DNA of 64,000 nucleotides from Octopus vulgaris (Eukaryota): contig OX597830.1 of the NCBI GenBank assembly GCA_951406725.2, positions 12,586,001 to 12,650,000 of the forward strand, in the 5' to 3' direction. Shown one piece after another: positions 1 to 13,641 of this stretch (position 1 is its first letter; each line of letters starts with the position of its first letter). The position numbers and the translations under genes are program-made. The notes under the pieces are model-generated. The model was not told the DNA's origin, did no database searches, and saw only the letters and a list, made by a program, of their open reading frames with translations.

Positions 1-46
<46 letters not shown>

Positions 47-182
47 GTGTACATTTAAATGTACACAAATTTCATATGAAAAATATATTGTCTGTTGACT
101 ATTTTATATATGCTAGGCCACTGGTAGAAAAATTTCTAAAATTTTCCTACCCTGTATATTTACATGTGTGTGTGTGTGTGTA

Positions 183-407
183 CCAGAGTAAGGCACATAA
201 ATGCGAAGAAAGGTGGAAAAAATATTACTAGAATACCAGAGGTAGAGTAATATGCTTTATCAAAATAAAGCAGCAAAGATAATCACAAAAACTGTTACTC
301 AGACTTTCACATTCCCGTTCGTCGGACAGCTTTGTTTGTCCGACGAACGGGAACATCAAAATCTGAGTAACAGTTTTCGTGGTGTCTTTGCAGCTTTATT
401 AATAAAG

Positions 408-411
<4 letters not shown>
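183..411. repeat. Inverted pair of a short Penelope-like terminal repeat carrying minimal hammerhead motifs
   Basis: Arms ~251-328 and 337-411 are reverse complements. The minus strand of 183-330 is homologous to 51930-52090. Flanked by (GT)n and (TA)n. Confidence 0.7.
291..330 (-). ncRNA. Minimal type-I hammerhead-like motif (variant core)
   Basis: rc: ctgt-CCGACGA-acg(ggaa)tgt-GAAA-gtctgag-TA-acag. Stems I and II pair; U4C core and a stem III mismatch. Confidence 0.55.
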
Positions 412-474
<63 letters not shown>

Positions 475-499
475 ACACACACACACATACTTAGTCTTA

Positions 500-1098
500 T
501 CAACAAGTACCTGAACTGTTGCCATAGTAACGAAACTAAAACATGCAGAGTAAAGCCGTTTGGCACAGATTGACCTTGGCTCCGCTGTGCATGCGCGGGA
601 AATTTTAACGTTCTAGCTCACTTCCGGTGTTTATAGCAGTGCTTGGAAGGAACGTGTGTAGCGTGTGAACGTCGCATGGACCATGACAGAGAAAGTTATC
701 GAAGCGATACCTGTTCAGAGGCCTACACAAAGTTGGAGGGGAGTATATGAGACGCACACATGTGTACGAGTGGTTCAGATGTTTCCAAGATGGCCGGAAA
801 ATGTTGATAGGGACAAACGTTCTGGGAAACCCGCAACCAGTAGAACTGAGAAAACATTTGTAGATTAGTTACGGTTCAGTTCAGTCCATTATCACTGAAG
901 ATTTGGGTAAGAGGTGTGTGTCTGCCAAGTTTGTGCCAAAACTGCTTTCAGCTGACCAAAAAGGCACTTGGGATTCAGTTGCACAAGATCTCCTTGATTG
1001 TGTCGAGAACGATGAAAACTTTTGAAAATTTTGCTAAGGCCTCTGAGCAGGTATTGCCAAGCTTTTGGCAAACTTTGATGCAGATTCTCTGCTCAACT
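500..1098 (+). mobile_element. Decayed mariner-type transposon (5' part of transposase)
   Basis: MTEKV, DKRSGKPATSRTEK, SVQSIITEDLGKRCVSAKFVPKLLSADQK; inverted N-terminal piece at 1026-1098. Confidence 0.75.
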
Positions 1099-1099
1099 T

Positions 1100-2292
1100 C
1101 GCAACACCCACAATCTAACATAGAAAGGCTATATATACAACGTATCGGAGGTGATAGAGGCCTTATACAGTTAGAAAACTATTACAAAGTAATCGAACTA
1201 CAGAAATACCAGGAAAACTAATACAAATAGCCACAAAACACGAACAAAATAAAAAAAACTGTTTTCAGTCTTTAAGGAAGTTGACAAACACAATAAAGAA
1301 GCCATAGTACCTAAAAATTATGACGAAAAAGACGAAACAACAGAAGCTGTCAAACAACTGAAACCAAACTAAATCTAGAACAACAACGGATCATGATAAA
1401 ACGATGGCAAGAAAAGCCCCTTCATGGCAAATATCGAGTTAAGCTAAAGCGAAAAGAAATAGACAAAGCAAAATCTCAAGAATGGCTGAGAAACTCAGGA
1501 CATAAAGCAGATACTGAAGCCTTCCCATCAGAAATCACCAAAATCACGTAATGAAAAGAAATACAAAGTAACTGCAGAATATGTGGAGGTGGAAAAGAAA
1601 CAATAAATCATACTGTCTATGGCTGCCCAGTACAGGTGAAGAAGGAATATATTCACAGACACGACAGAGTTGGGATCTATATACACTGGAAGCTATGCCA
1701 ATACTATCAAATAACAACAGAAAAAAGATGATATAAGCACACACCAGAAAAGGTCACAGAAAATGAGAAAGCAACCATACACTGGGATATGCGAATACAC
1801 ACATGTAGAGAAATCAAGGCTAATAAACTGGATATAGTTGTCAGAGATCACCAAGAAAAAATGCTTTCTAATCGATGTATCAATACCTACATATGACAAT
1901 GTTTCTCTAAAAGAAACGGAGAAACTTTCAAAATACAAAGATCTGGAAATAGAGGTAACTCGAATGTGGAGATTAAAAACAGAAACAATTCTTATAATAG
2001 TACGCGCATTAGGTATGATAAAAAAAAAATCTATACAAATACATAAAAAAACACCAGGACTTACAAGTATATATCACATACAGAAAATAACACTACTAGG
2101 CACTGCACACATCTTACGTAAAGCACTTTCAGTGCAATGAAAAAAAGAGCACCACAGCAAACCACAGCACATACCTAAGACACACAGAGCTGCGCTTGGT
2201 AGTGACGTGAAAGCATGCGAGAAAAATAAAACTACTGAATAATAATAATAATAATAATAATAAATAATAACAATAGTAATAATAATAATAAT
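1100..2292 (+). mobile_element. 3' fragment of an R4/Dong-like non-LTR retrotransposon with restriction-like endonuclease
   Basis: HPQSNIERLYIQRIGGDRGL; CCHC motif CRICGGGKETINH...GC followed by RHD; LIDVSIP...EKLSKYKDL (RLE). Ends in an (AAT)n tail. Frameshifted. Confidence 0.85.
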
Positions 2293-2307
2293 GTAATATA
2301 AATAGTG

Positions 2308-2630
2308 AGGGCGCGTGGCTTAGTGGTTAGGGCATTCGGCTCATGATCGTAAGGTTGTGAGTTCGATTCCCGGCGACGCGTTGTGTCCTTGAGCAAGACA
2401 CTTTATTTCACGTTGCTCCAGTCCACTCAGCTGGCAAAAATGAGTTGTACTTGTATTTCAAAGGGTCAGCCTTGTCACTCTCTGTGTCACGCTGATTATC
2501 CCCGAGAACTACGTTAAGGGTACACGTGTCTGTGGAATGCTCAGCCATTTGCACGTTAATTTCACGAGCAAGCTGTTCCGTTGATCGTATCAGCTGGGAC
2601 CCTCGTCGTCGTAACCGGCGGAGTCTTTTT
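2308..2630 (+). mobile_element. tRNA-derived SINE (head A plus tail X)
   Basis: A box TGGCTTAGTGG, B box GTTCGATTC; 3' half shared with 56975-57150. Confidence 0.85.
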
Positions 2631-3918
2631 TTAAATATAAATAAAATATCAAATGTTTTGGTGCATGACTTTTGGACCACCCTATAAAACGTAGTTATTT
2701 TACAAGAAGTTTGTACAAGGCAGAACGATTATTATCCTTTTAAGTGGGAGAAGGAACATGTTAAAATGATGCATTTAATGAGATGCTCTGCAAGGGGACA
2801 GAAAAACAATTCAGAAAACATACATAATCATATTTTGGAAAGCTGCGATGCAGGTGCTATGCGAAAATAAAACTGAAAAATTCTTTTAGTAGCGCGCAGG
2901 TATTTTTCTAAAATTGTACTTCAGTTGACGCCAACATTTCAAAATAAAGACGTGGTAAATCTCGGCTGAATAGACAATTCGGTTTCACCATGTGGCATTT
3001 TAGATAGATGACCTCATAAACGGAAAGGAGCTTTCTGCTATGCTCCAAATGTAAATTATACATGGAGGAAAGACATGTCTAAAGTTGGGAAGTAGGTACG
3101 TCACATGATAGGGGACTCATGATTATAGTAATAAGAAAAAAGTTGTTACACCTGCATAGGTTTAAATTGCATTTTCTGTTCACTTACTAGAATATATCTA
3201 GAACACATATCTTATCATCCACTGACACCCATTCTCTATGAATTTTGCAAACAGCGTACTTAGTGACTTATCAGTGTTCCCTTGATAGAATTTCCGTCCT
3301 CCGCAACTTTGTTTCTGTACTGTCATGAACAAAGAATTCAAACTTGAAGCAATTCTAAAACCGTTTCGTTCTACCAGCTCAAGAAATTCCGATTACTCAA
3401 TTGATTCTGACGTACTTCCTATGACTAAAATAAAAAATGAAATTTATTTCGACCGTGTTGCTTAGTCAATGGATGAACAATGTATGTGGTTTATTCCACT
3501 CAATGATAAAATGTTCCCCTTTCAGATATCAACAATATATCTTCAATCTCATTTTTAGGATGTGAGCGATAGCCTTCATTGAGATTATGGATAATAGTTT
3601 TATCCTATCATTTAGGATGTCTTAGGATTCTGTGGATGGCTTTATAATCTTGTTTGGGATTTAAATCTTGCAGCTGTTTTGTTTATGATGACAAATAGAG
3701 AAATTTATAGCCTTATTTATAGATTATAAGCAAAGGTTTATACTTGCACTGGTTTTTATAGTCCAAGCAGGAATGTATAAAATTGGATAATGTGGTCTCA
3801 TTTACAATGGAAGCAATGAATTTATATTATTCTACGTGTTGTAGGCAATGGTTTATACCGTTGTATAGGATGTGAACAACAATTTTATGCTGCTCCGTGG
3901 GGTGTAAGCAAAGCCTTT

Positions 3919-4155
3919 TGTTGTAGTGAAATTGGTACTCCCCTTCCCACGTGACAAGCTGGTATATAAATCTACTATATAGTGAGACAGTCAGTTGTTG
4001 TAGGCGGATCAGTAATAGTAGAGTTTTTGTACGAATTCTCATTTGGAGTCAGTGTCAGTTACGTGATATATACGAGTTTGAGTTACCGTCAAGGTAGACG
4101 TTTCAAAGTCTTTGTCTTGCACTACTATCAGCGATAGACACGGAATACCACCACA
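3919..4155 (+). repeat. 5' LTR of the Gypsy element
   Basis: tgttgtagtgaaattggtactccccttcccacgtgacaa matches 8331 onward; ends ccaccaCA just before the PBS. Confidence 0.8.
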
Positions 4156-7100
4156 ATAGTGGCGACAAGAATATTACAGTGGCGACAATAACGTACGAGT
4201 GGACGAGGATCTCACATTTAGAATAGTGGCGACGAGGATATGAACAATTCACGCGGACAACGTTGAAAAAAGTTCTTTTCTTTTCGCGAGAATATAAACA
4301 ATTCTCACACGGACGACGTTGAAAACTTTTGCACATGCAGACATTAAAAAACTCGATAGAGGAGCAATAAACATTTTTGTTGTGCATATTTTACGAAAAA
4401 TCCATAAAATTACGGAAAACTTATTAGAGGGTCTAGCTGGGTTTCAAAAACAAAAACAACAACTCAAAAAGCAACAAGAATAACAACAAATGTTACAACA
4501 ACAAATGCTACAACTAATGAAGTTTGTAACAACACCGGAAAATATGTTTTCGGCAGACCATGTGGCAAATTCGATAAATGAATTTAAATATGACCCGGAA
4601 GAAGGAATCACCTTCGAGGCATATTATCGAAGATTTGAACAAATTTTCGGAAAAGAGTGTGAAGACTGGACGGACAAAATGAAAGCGCATCTCATTCTGA
4701 GGAAACTGGCGACAATAGAGCATTAGAAATACTGTAACTTTATATTGCCTGAAAAGGTTTCTGATAAATTTCACGGACACAATTGACATTTTATGTAAGA
4801 TGTTTAGTGAAAAAACATCGTTATTCAACACACAAAGACATTACCACATATGCGAGTAGAGCGAACTCTCAGATTTTTGTTCAGGGACTTACTGCGTCCT
4901 TTTTAAGGACGCAGAAGTCAGAATGGATATTCTCGCAAAGCTGGAAATGAACCTGGATATAACTCTCCAGAAACTACCAGAATAATTCGATATGATATTA
5001 AAAGTAAAGCATGACGACACAGGAGATATCCGACGAGGAGATTGTTTACAGATAAAACCAGTATCGATGAGTCAAAGACAGATAAAGTGTTTCACAAAAC
5101 ACACGGTATACATCAGGAGATAGACCCATGTATGGCAGGCGATGGTAGGCACCTAAGAAAAGAGTGTCTGTTCAAAAAAAAGCAAAGTGTTTTCGTTGTG
5201 AGAACACAGGACATATCAAATCGCACTGCAGAACTAAGGTGACAAAAAACAAGACCAAACGAGAAGAAAATAAATAATTTGCCATCAGAGAAAAAAACTT
5301 TGTAGAACGAACAGAAAATTCGTGGAAGTGAGAATCAGAATCATTAGTATGAAAATGCAATTAGACACGAGGAGTGACATCGGTATCATAAATGAAGAAA
5401 CATGGAAGCAAATAAAAGGCAAATCAAATAAAAGAGTGTTATAGGGGAAAAAAATTATATTTCATTGGCGAATGTATTTGCAAAGTAACTTTTCGAGGTG
5501 AAATGAAAAGGATTATCATTTATTAGTTTTAAAAAAATCGCTAAACCGATTTGGCGCAGAATGCATGGAGTTATTTAAAATTTGGGATACCCCCATTAGT
5601 GTTCTCACGGCCAAAAGTTCAAATGAAGGCCAACAACTAAGACAAAAAAATAAAAAAGTTGTTTCCAAATAACTTTTTGGAAGGATTAGGTTTTTGCACT
5701 AAAACAATGCGAGGATCGCTTTAAGAGGAAAGGTAACGCCTGTTTTTTTTTAGGCCCAAACAGAACGTGCCACTTGCGGCTTTGGACCAGGTCAATAAAG
5801 AGCTAGAAAGACTTAGAAAATTTAGCTATAATTGGAAAAGTCAGACTGGGCAGCACCAACGGTTTATGTAAAGACAAAAAGACTAAGAGTGTGTGCGGAT
5901 TTTTGAGCTGGATGAAATGACTTTAGTCAAACACAATTATCCGTTACCAAGCCCAGAAGAAGTGTTCTCAAAACTAAATGAAAGAAAAAGTTTCTCGAAG
6001 TTAGACCTCTCAGAGGCCTATCTACAGATACAAGTAGAGGAAGACTGCGCACACCTTTTAACAATCAACACACCGTAGCTTGTATAAATTCAAGCGGTTT
6101 CCTTCTGGAGGATAAGTGGCACCTGCCAAATTCCAACAAGTGATGGACGCAATGTTATACGATTGTGATTTCGCTATCACTTATCTCGATGATATTTTTA
6201 TAAAGAGCGAGTCATTGAAGCAACACTTGGAGCATATTAAAAAAAAGGATTCATAAAAGTAAATGAATACGGGTTTAGACGAACAGAAGAAAAGTGTGAA
6301 TTTTTTTTTACGAAAAAGTCAAATATTTAGGTCAAGTACTTGACGACAAAGGACGAAGGCAAGACCCATCAAGGGCGATGACAATACGCAATATGACTCC
6401 CCCACTGAACGTCAAATTGGTACAATCATATTTAGGCTTGGTAAAGTACTATCAAGTATATATCCCGGACATTCACAACACAAGGGTTCTACTAAATGAG
6501 CTGTTAAAAAAGGATGCCAAATGGTTTTGGTCAGAAAAATGCCAGAAGGTATTTGAGGAACTAAAAAGCATGTTAGCTTCAGATTTGCCAATTACTTCAA
6601 TCTGAAGTTGGAAACTATACTGACAACAGATGCTAGTGACTACGGGGTAGATACCGTACTCCTAAACAGATGTGAAGATGGCAGCCAAAAGGCCATAGCT
6701 CACGTGTCAAGGACGTTCTTGCAAGCAGAAAGAAATTGAAGTCAAAGTGAAAAAGAGGCATTGGTAATTCTATTTGGCATAAAAAAACTTCCGTAGGTTT
6801 ATACATGGTAGACGGTTTAGACTACAAACAGACCATCGCCCGTTGCTAACGATTTATGGATCCAAGAAAAGAATTCCAATACATAAAGCAAACAAGTTGC
6901 AGCGATAGGGTGCCATACTACTAAACTACAACTATGCAATGGAATATTTACCTTTGTAAAAGCTAGGACGTGCTGACGGCCTATCCAGGTTAATACCCAG
7001 AAATGGTGAACCATTGAAGAATACAGTAACAATAGCCCTAAGATCTGAAGGGGAAATTAAACACATAATGTGGAACATAGTACGAGAGTTACCAATAACT

Positions 7101-8379
7101 GTGGAGGATATAAAGTGACACGTATCAAAAGATAAGTTCGTTAATGAAACAAAGAAAAGTCTGTGGTCAGCTGAAGAAAACAAAAATAGGTTCGGTAAGA
7201 AAAACAGCAACAGGTAAACATATATTCAACATGCAACGGCATACTGCTGTATGGCCAAAGGGTAGTGATACCTGAGACTCTACAAAAAAGAATGTTGACA
7301 AAATTCCTTATTGGACATCTGGGGATCGCAAGGATGAAAGCGCTTAAGCGCAGTTATGTGTATTGGCCAAAGATGGACAAGGACGTTGAAAACGTAGTAA
7401 AAGGCTGCAGAGGATTGCTCTGGCAGCGAAATTGCCTACTCAAAAATGGGCCAGTAGAAAAATGTCCATGGTCAAGACTACATATCGATTTTGCGGGTCC
7501 ATTAGTTGGCTATTACTACTTAGTAGAGGTTGACAGTTTGACGAAATAGCCGGAAATTGTTAAGTGCAAAAGACCAACCTCCGAAACGGTAATAAATTTC
7601 TTGCGCGAATTATTCGCAAGATTTTTTATCCCATACGTGATTGTATCTGATAATAAAGCACTATTTGTGTCCACTGAATTTGGAAAATTCTGCGAAATGT
7701 TCACGGTAGAACATAAAACGTTAGCGTTTTACCATCCCAGATCAAATGGACAGGCAGAGCGTTTTGTGGACATTTTAAAAAGAGCTTTGAGAAAAGCAAA
7801 CAAGAAAGTCAGGGACTGCAGCAATTTCTAACGGTGTACATGGTTACACCGAACCTCAATACACCAGCAGGAAGCTCACCAGCAGAACTGATGGCTGTGA
7901 GGAAGGGGAAATCAGTTTTTGATCAATTGTTTCCTGACGAGGAACGAAAAAGTATCAGAAAAGACAATCCCAAATTTTTCAAAATTGGTGATAAGGTGTA
8001 CATGAGGTCGTATAAATACGGAAAACGATAGCAAGAAGAAGGAAAAATTACAAAGTACATAAGAAAAAATGTTGTACAGAATTAATAACGGAAAAGGTAT
8101 TGATAGAAGACACAGAAACCAATTGAATAAGAGATTCCTAGAAAATGAACTACACAGAGTGGAAGAACCTATGGAATGGCTGTATGACACATTCCAGGTA
8201 CCGACACCGTTACAGATGGTTGAACCCACGCGTACAAGTGGAAGGAAATAGACGCCAAGAAGGAAGAATATTAAATCGAAAAATTAAAATGAAATAACTT
8301 GTTTCCCATAGAAATAAATAAAAGGGGATATGTTGTAGGGAAAATGGTATTCCCCTTCCCACATGACAAAGTGGTATGA
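3919..8379 (+). mobile_element. Decayed Ty3/Gypsy LTR retrotransposon, Mag-like (gag-PR-RT-RH-IN)
   Basis: 5' LTR TG...CA at 3919-4155. PBS TGGCGACGAGGAT. gag FEAYYRRFEQIF. PR MQLDTRSD. RT FSKLDLSEAYLQI and YLDDI. RH TDASDYG and TDH. IN PWSRLHIDFAGP, IVSDN, YHPRSNGQAERFV. Purine tract then a truncated 3' LTR at 8331-8379. Many stops and frameshifts. Confidence 0.9.
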
Positions 8380-10473
8380 GCTTCACTTGTGAACCTCCGA
8401 GATATTTCACGAGATGTTTTGTGTTTTCATCCAAAATAGAGACGAACACCTCTCCTTCATGTGATTGGCTTGAAAAATTGTTAAGGTATTAAGATATTTT
8501 CTTAACATGAAACCAGTGGTGGCCTTAATACACATACGCGCATGCGTGCACACACACACATACGCACACGTACACACACATACACACACATTACTGGATT
8601 CCAGTATTATCTCATAGTTATAGTACTAACAACTTAAGTATGCGGAGCATATTAGGAATTAAATCAGCTCTAACATTTTTAACTTGGTGAATTACAATGA
8701 ATTAAGATTTCACCTGTAGTAAGGAAAGAAAACTCATTAGCTTAATGACTAATTCTGGTCAGAAAATGTGGTGGGAGACAAACTAAATATTTACATTAAC
8801 TGTAATTAGATGCAATCAGAGAGTGGGAAGTGAGTCTGATATCTATCAAGAACAATGACAATTCCAAACATGTTTTGGTTTTATTAGATCTAGTAAATAT
8901 CTATAATTACAAAGCCTAAAATAGCTTGAAGACTTAGATTGAATAAATATTGATTGGTGTGGCAACTATCAATGCCTGGAGGAAATCGAGAAGGGATACT
9001 TACTGTATATAAGACAAATTGGTTCAGAGCTAACATACTTAATATAACAAGCACTCTTTTCATAAACAATTAAAAGTAGGGTTTGCTGATGAGATTTTAT
9101 AGGACCGAAATATGACTGGCGCAATCATTAATTATCTTATCAAATAACAGATTCAATTTCCGTAGGAATGTAGTCTAATTGGAAGTGCGTGGGCGTCGAT
9201 TCTTTGTAAAAATAATAACAATTAATAATTGCACACGTTGAAATGATATCTATCTTATCAATGATGACCGCTTTTCCATAATTATTACAAATTCGACAAA
9301 ATCTATGATTAAAGAAATTTGTGAAGTATTTATCAAGACGAAGGAAATAAATATTTTCCCTTGAGCTTAATAATTAATGTAGCAGAAATAAGTTAACTCG
9401 CTGTGGGAGAATTTAGAATTAAATTACATAGCGTGCATTATTAACTAATTGATTGTGGTGGGAGTGAAAGCCTGTGAGCAAACCCTTTCAAACAAACCAT
9501 ATTAATTAGTCTCACTCAGACAGCGTAATGTTAATGATTTAAAATTGAAACAAGATATGTGTAAATAGGGATCAAATACGGTTTCAAAAATGAAAACAAA
9601 TGACCACAATGGGACCAGACATTATAAATAATTCAACTCTGGTATAGAGATGTTCAAACAAAAGAAGACAATTTTCTCATTAATTGATTTATTGAAACGT
9701 GTTACAAGGAAAACACATTGAACTGTTTTGCCAGATTCCATTTGTAATATTATTGTTATACAAGATATGTATAACAAATGTAATACCATACAGCCAAAAC
9801 AAATACGGCATCGAATCCGCTGAAGTAAACTTACTCTGAACAAATATCGTTAACAAAGACCTCTTTGGTCTGTCACTCATTGTTTGCGGTTTTCTTTGTC
9901 TCTTCAACTGAAACTATAAATAACGAAACGAAAAGACTGAAGGTATTATCAATGAACTCCAAATCCGACACGAACTCCTAGCCATATTAGATTAATCGGA
10001 AAATAAAATGAAGGACGTGGGGAAATACAGAGGACAGTACATACGCGCGCGCGTGCACACACACACACACCCGCCGCGCGCATACAGACTTATCTACATA
10101 CATACATACTAGTCGAAAGACGCCTGTTCATGATGTCCTGTTATTGTTATTAATATTATTATTGTTTTTACGTATTATTATTATTATTGTTTTTTGGTAT
10201 TATTTTTGTATTCATATTCGTGTAACATCGTCCGTTTTTCTGTCCTTGTTTTGTATACATTCGAAGCTTTCTTCCAAGGAATCTAATGCACTTAGCTTAG
10301 TTTTTCCTTGGGGCTGGCTAGATTGGAGCAATCTCAAGATTAATCAGCCGAAATTGCGAGGATGATCCGGTTCTTGACTGAAGATTGAAGGCTTCGAATG
10401 TCCGTGTTTTTTGTGTTGTCATCAAAATGTTTTGCGTTCTTGTCCCAGTTTGTATTTTTTATACATATATGTA

Positions 10474-10514
<41 letters not shown>

Positions 10515-10517
<3 letters not shown>

Positions 10518-11175
10518 CAAAAATTGCTGTGTGCCGTGCATGTGTACTGACATCGTTCCTTTACTCATGTGAGAAATGGACCTTTTACAAACGTCATGTA
10601 AGGGTCCATGAACACTTTCATCAGAGATGTCTGAGAAACATTCTGAATGTTGGCTGGACCTTAAAAACCCCAGACACGTAGGTCCTGAGGACAGCTGATA
10701 TATTGAGTATTGCGGTGCACAAGCACCGGTTATGTTGGACAAAACACCTTATTAGAATGAAGGATAGCAGGATCCCTAAACAGATGCTTTATAGGGAACT
10801 TGTTAATGGAAAGAAACCCCAGCAGAAATCAAGGCTGCGATTTAAGGAATGTGTCAAGTCCTGTGATATGCAGGAGACTGACTGAGAGAGCAATGCTTGT
10901 CATCGCCACAGATGGAGGAAGCAGGTTAATGATGGGGGCCGAGACCTTTGAGAGAGCGTATATTCTGCATGATGATTTTAAGCGTACTGCTGGAAAGCGT
11001 ACTGCTAGTGTAGTGAATGGGGAAAGCTTGGCTCGCAATGTTTGCAGTGGTGTATGCTTGTCAAGAACAAGACCCATTAGCCGCAAATGCAAAATATAAG
11101 TTAGTCCTAGAGCGCACAATCTACCGGAAGGTCCGCAATACTCTTCTTCGGTCACGATCAGACGGCCATCATCGT
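10515..11175 (+). mobile_element. RTE-clade LINE 3' fragment
   Basis: TKIAVCRACVLTSFLYSCEKWT...HQRCLRNIL; RLCWTKHLIRMKDSRIPKQMLY. Confidence 0.85.
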
Positions 11176-11270
11176 ATGTATATTCATGCATAAATATATA
11201 TACACACACACATTTGCCCCGGAAGACATAACTATTCAGAAAGTCGAAGTATCCCTGTTCAATGCCTTAA

Positions 11271-11302
<32 letters not shown>

Positions 11303-11344
11303 ACACACGTAATGTATGTATGTATGTATGCATGTATGTATGTG

Positions 11345-11600
11345 TACTCCGACATAAAACTTGGGATAACTCCGACATAAAACCTGCGGCTCAGTGGTTA
11401 CCGATGATGTTGACTTATTCTTCTTTTCGGATTATGGCTGCTATTGCTTAGTGAGTGGGATTGACTCAGTGCACAGCCTTTCCTCACTTAAAAAAAGATT
11501 TTCTTGCACAGGCATTGCACGATAACAACATTGATTAAGCTTCGTGAAATGGCCATACTCGATAACGAGGGGGCAGCCACCATGTATGTATGTATGTATA
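11345..11600 (+). mobile_element. 3' part of a short non-autonomous retroelement, probably RTE-mobilised
   Basis: Near-identical to the reverse complement of 52457-52680; ends gggcagccaccat followed by (ATGT)n. Confidence 0.75.
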
Positions 11601-12577
11601 AAAGAAGAACACAAATTCACAACAGCTGTTTCGGCAGCATTTACTGATACACTTTTTACATCATGATAAAAAATCCGCTATTTTCTGGTAAATTTTAATC
11701 AAACAAACTGATAAGACAGAAACAGAAATTGACTAGATTACCAACTACATAGTGAAAAAAGTGAAAGTTTTAAAAGAAAAAATACATTTTATAAGACACG
11801 CAATGGCTATAGTTCAAAAATGATCTAATTTCTCAAATCGCAATCTTCATTAGTTTATAGCCTTGGCTTATTAATTTTCCCATGAAAATAAACATTAACT
11901 ATAATAGGGTGAACACTTCGAAAAAAAATCAAGACGTGTTTACAAGCAAAGAAGCACATACAGAAGATGCAACCGTTGTCCCTCGGATGAACTCTGAACT
12001 ACAATAATACATATAGTGTACACGGGACTAATCATATGGATCAAGCAGATGATTGCATTATAATGAGTTCATATGAGTACTTACTATGAAAATAAATTAT
12101 TAAGACTACTAGATATACAGGGATAATGAATTTGCAGAATCGCTCGACCGATGAACAAAATATCTTGCTCTATTTAGTTACATCACTTTACATTTTAAGT
12201 TCACTCTCTCAGCTTTTTTTTTCATCCTTCTGGGGGTCAAATGAAGACAATATAATCAACAGTTTCCTCCGCAAAAACTGCATAGTTTTGTGTTTTCATT
12301 AGAAATTATTGCCTTCTTACTATGTAGCAAAAGTGGCAGAAAGAATATGCCGATAGATTAAATCACTTGCTCTGCGTTCAAATCCTGCCGCTTTGCATTT
12401 CTGCATAGTCAAAAGCATCATATCAACGTCTTAAGTACTTGTATAGATTGGTCGACAACCATCACCTACTTAAATCTTGAGGTCTTACACCAACAGCAGG
12501 AATCATTGTTATTATTTCCAGCAGCGATCCATAGTAAGCCGGAAGGTGATGCATCGCCAGGATTATCGATTATTTCC

Positions 12578-12880
12578 ACACACAACATTGTCCTTACTTA
12601 CCTACACCCAATGTTTGTACGTAGTGAAGACTTACTTGTAGCCAATATTTGTAACCAATCTAATACAATGTATTTGGTCTACATTCACCTGCATACAACT
12701 TGTGTATGTAGTGTGCACATAACTTCACACAATGAATGTGGTCTACACTTACCTATGCAATTTTTATTACACATACACATAATTTTCATATGTAGTATAC
12801 ATTTACCTACACATGTTTTTATATAATCTACTCTTATCTATGCACAATGTTCATATGTAGTCGATATTTAACTACTCACA
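12578..12880. repeat. Degenerate ~33-bp minisatellite
   Basis: Recurring cacaatgt..tatgtagtctacacttacctac-like unit. Confidence 0.55.
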
Positions 12881-13005
12881 AAGTTGGTTCCTTGAAATGA
12901 CAAAATCTTGTTGGATGTTTTGCTGAATATATTTTTAAAACCTCATACACAAATATGGTAGATATAGACACTGGGAACTGAAGTACAGTAATCAAATATT
13001 ATATA

Positions 13006-13407
13006 CTAGCACACACGAGTACTGTCCAAATCTCCAACCAATCACATACAGCTAGCTGGCATTCAATTGGCGTATCAAGTTTCGGGCATTTTGATTGGGT
13101 TTTGGATAGAAAATTCACAAAAAATTAACTTCTATTGACTTTTTAATGGCTTTGAGGGGTGACTGAGGAAATGTAAAGATATGCACGACTACCCTTGGAC
13201 GGTTTTGAATGTAACTCAGGGTAAATAAACTAATTTCTTTTTTTGGTATATATGTAGTATATAAATATTATTTAGTTTAACTTAACTTAAAACTATTTAC
13301 AAAAAAGGACTTGAAAAGGACATACAAAGTGCGAGCCCTTTAACTGAAAAATTGTGGATTTGTATAAAGGACACACAGACAGACATTTTGCCGTTTATAA
13401 ATAGAGA
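13006..13407 (-). mobile_element. Non-autonomous Helitron, copy lacking the 3' hairpin
   Basis: Homologous to 22040-22404 and 25587-25964; TC...CTAG ends between A and T. Confidence 0.75.
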
Positions 13408-13641
13408 TAAAAGACAGTGGTCCATTTCTTTCAGTCATTTGAAACGAAAGCAAGTTACCTTCTTCGGACGGTTGTTTATTGCAGCTGACTTTCATTAGGA
13501 CCTAATTTTCAAATACTTATTAGTAAGGCATACACTAAGCTAACTTCAAAGCGTGGAGTAGAATATAAACATAAGACTAATTGCATGAAAGGCAAAAGCC
13601 CTTTGTAAAAATATTACGTGAAATCGTTTCTTTCCACTTAC

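Noticed and set aside
2308-2380. tRNA gene calls for SINE heads (also 19608, 56775, 61360)
   Set aside because: No complete cloverleaf, and each continues into a SINE body
9828-9910. Possible alternative first exon on minus (MSDRPKRSLLTIFVQ then GTAAGT)
   Set aside because: No recognisable homology, and its phase 1 does not match the phase-0 PDE intron
10340-10400. GAAA...CTGAAGA as a permuted hammerhead
   Set aside because: Could not build consistent stems
12578-12880. CRISPR-like array
   Set aside because: Eukaryotic context, degenerate tandem units, no unique spacers and no cas genes
13546-13641. C-terminal 31 codons of the 308-aa ORF
   Set aside because: Lie past a consensus GTAAGT donor, and PDE similarity stops there
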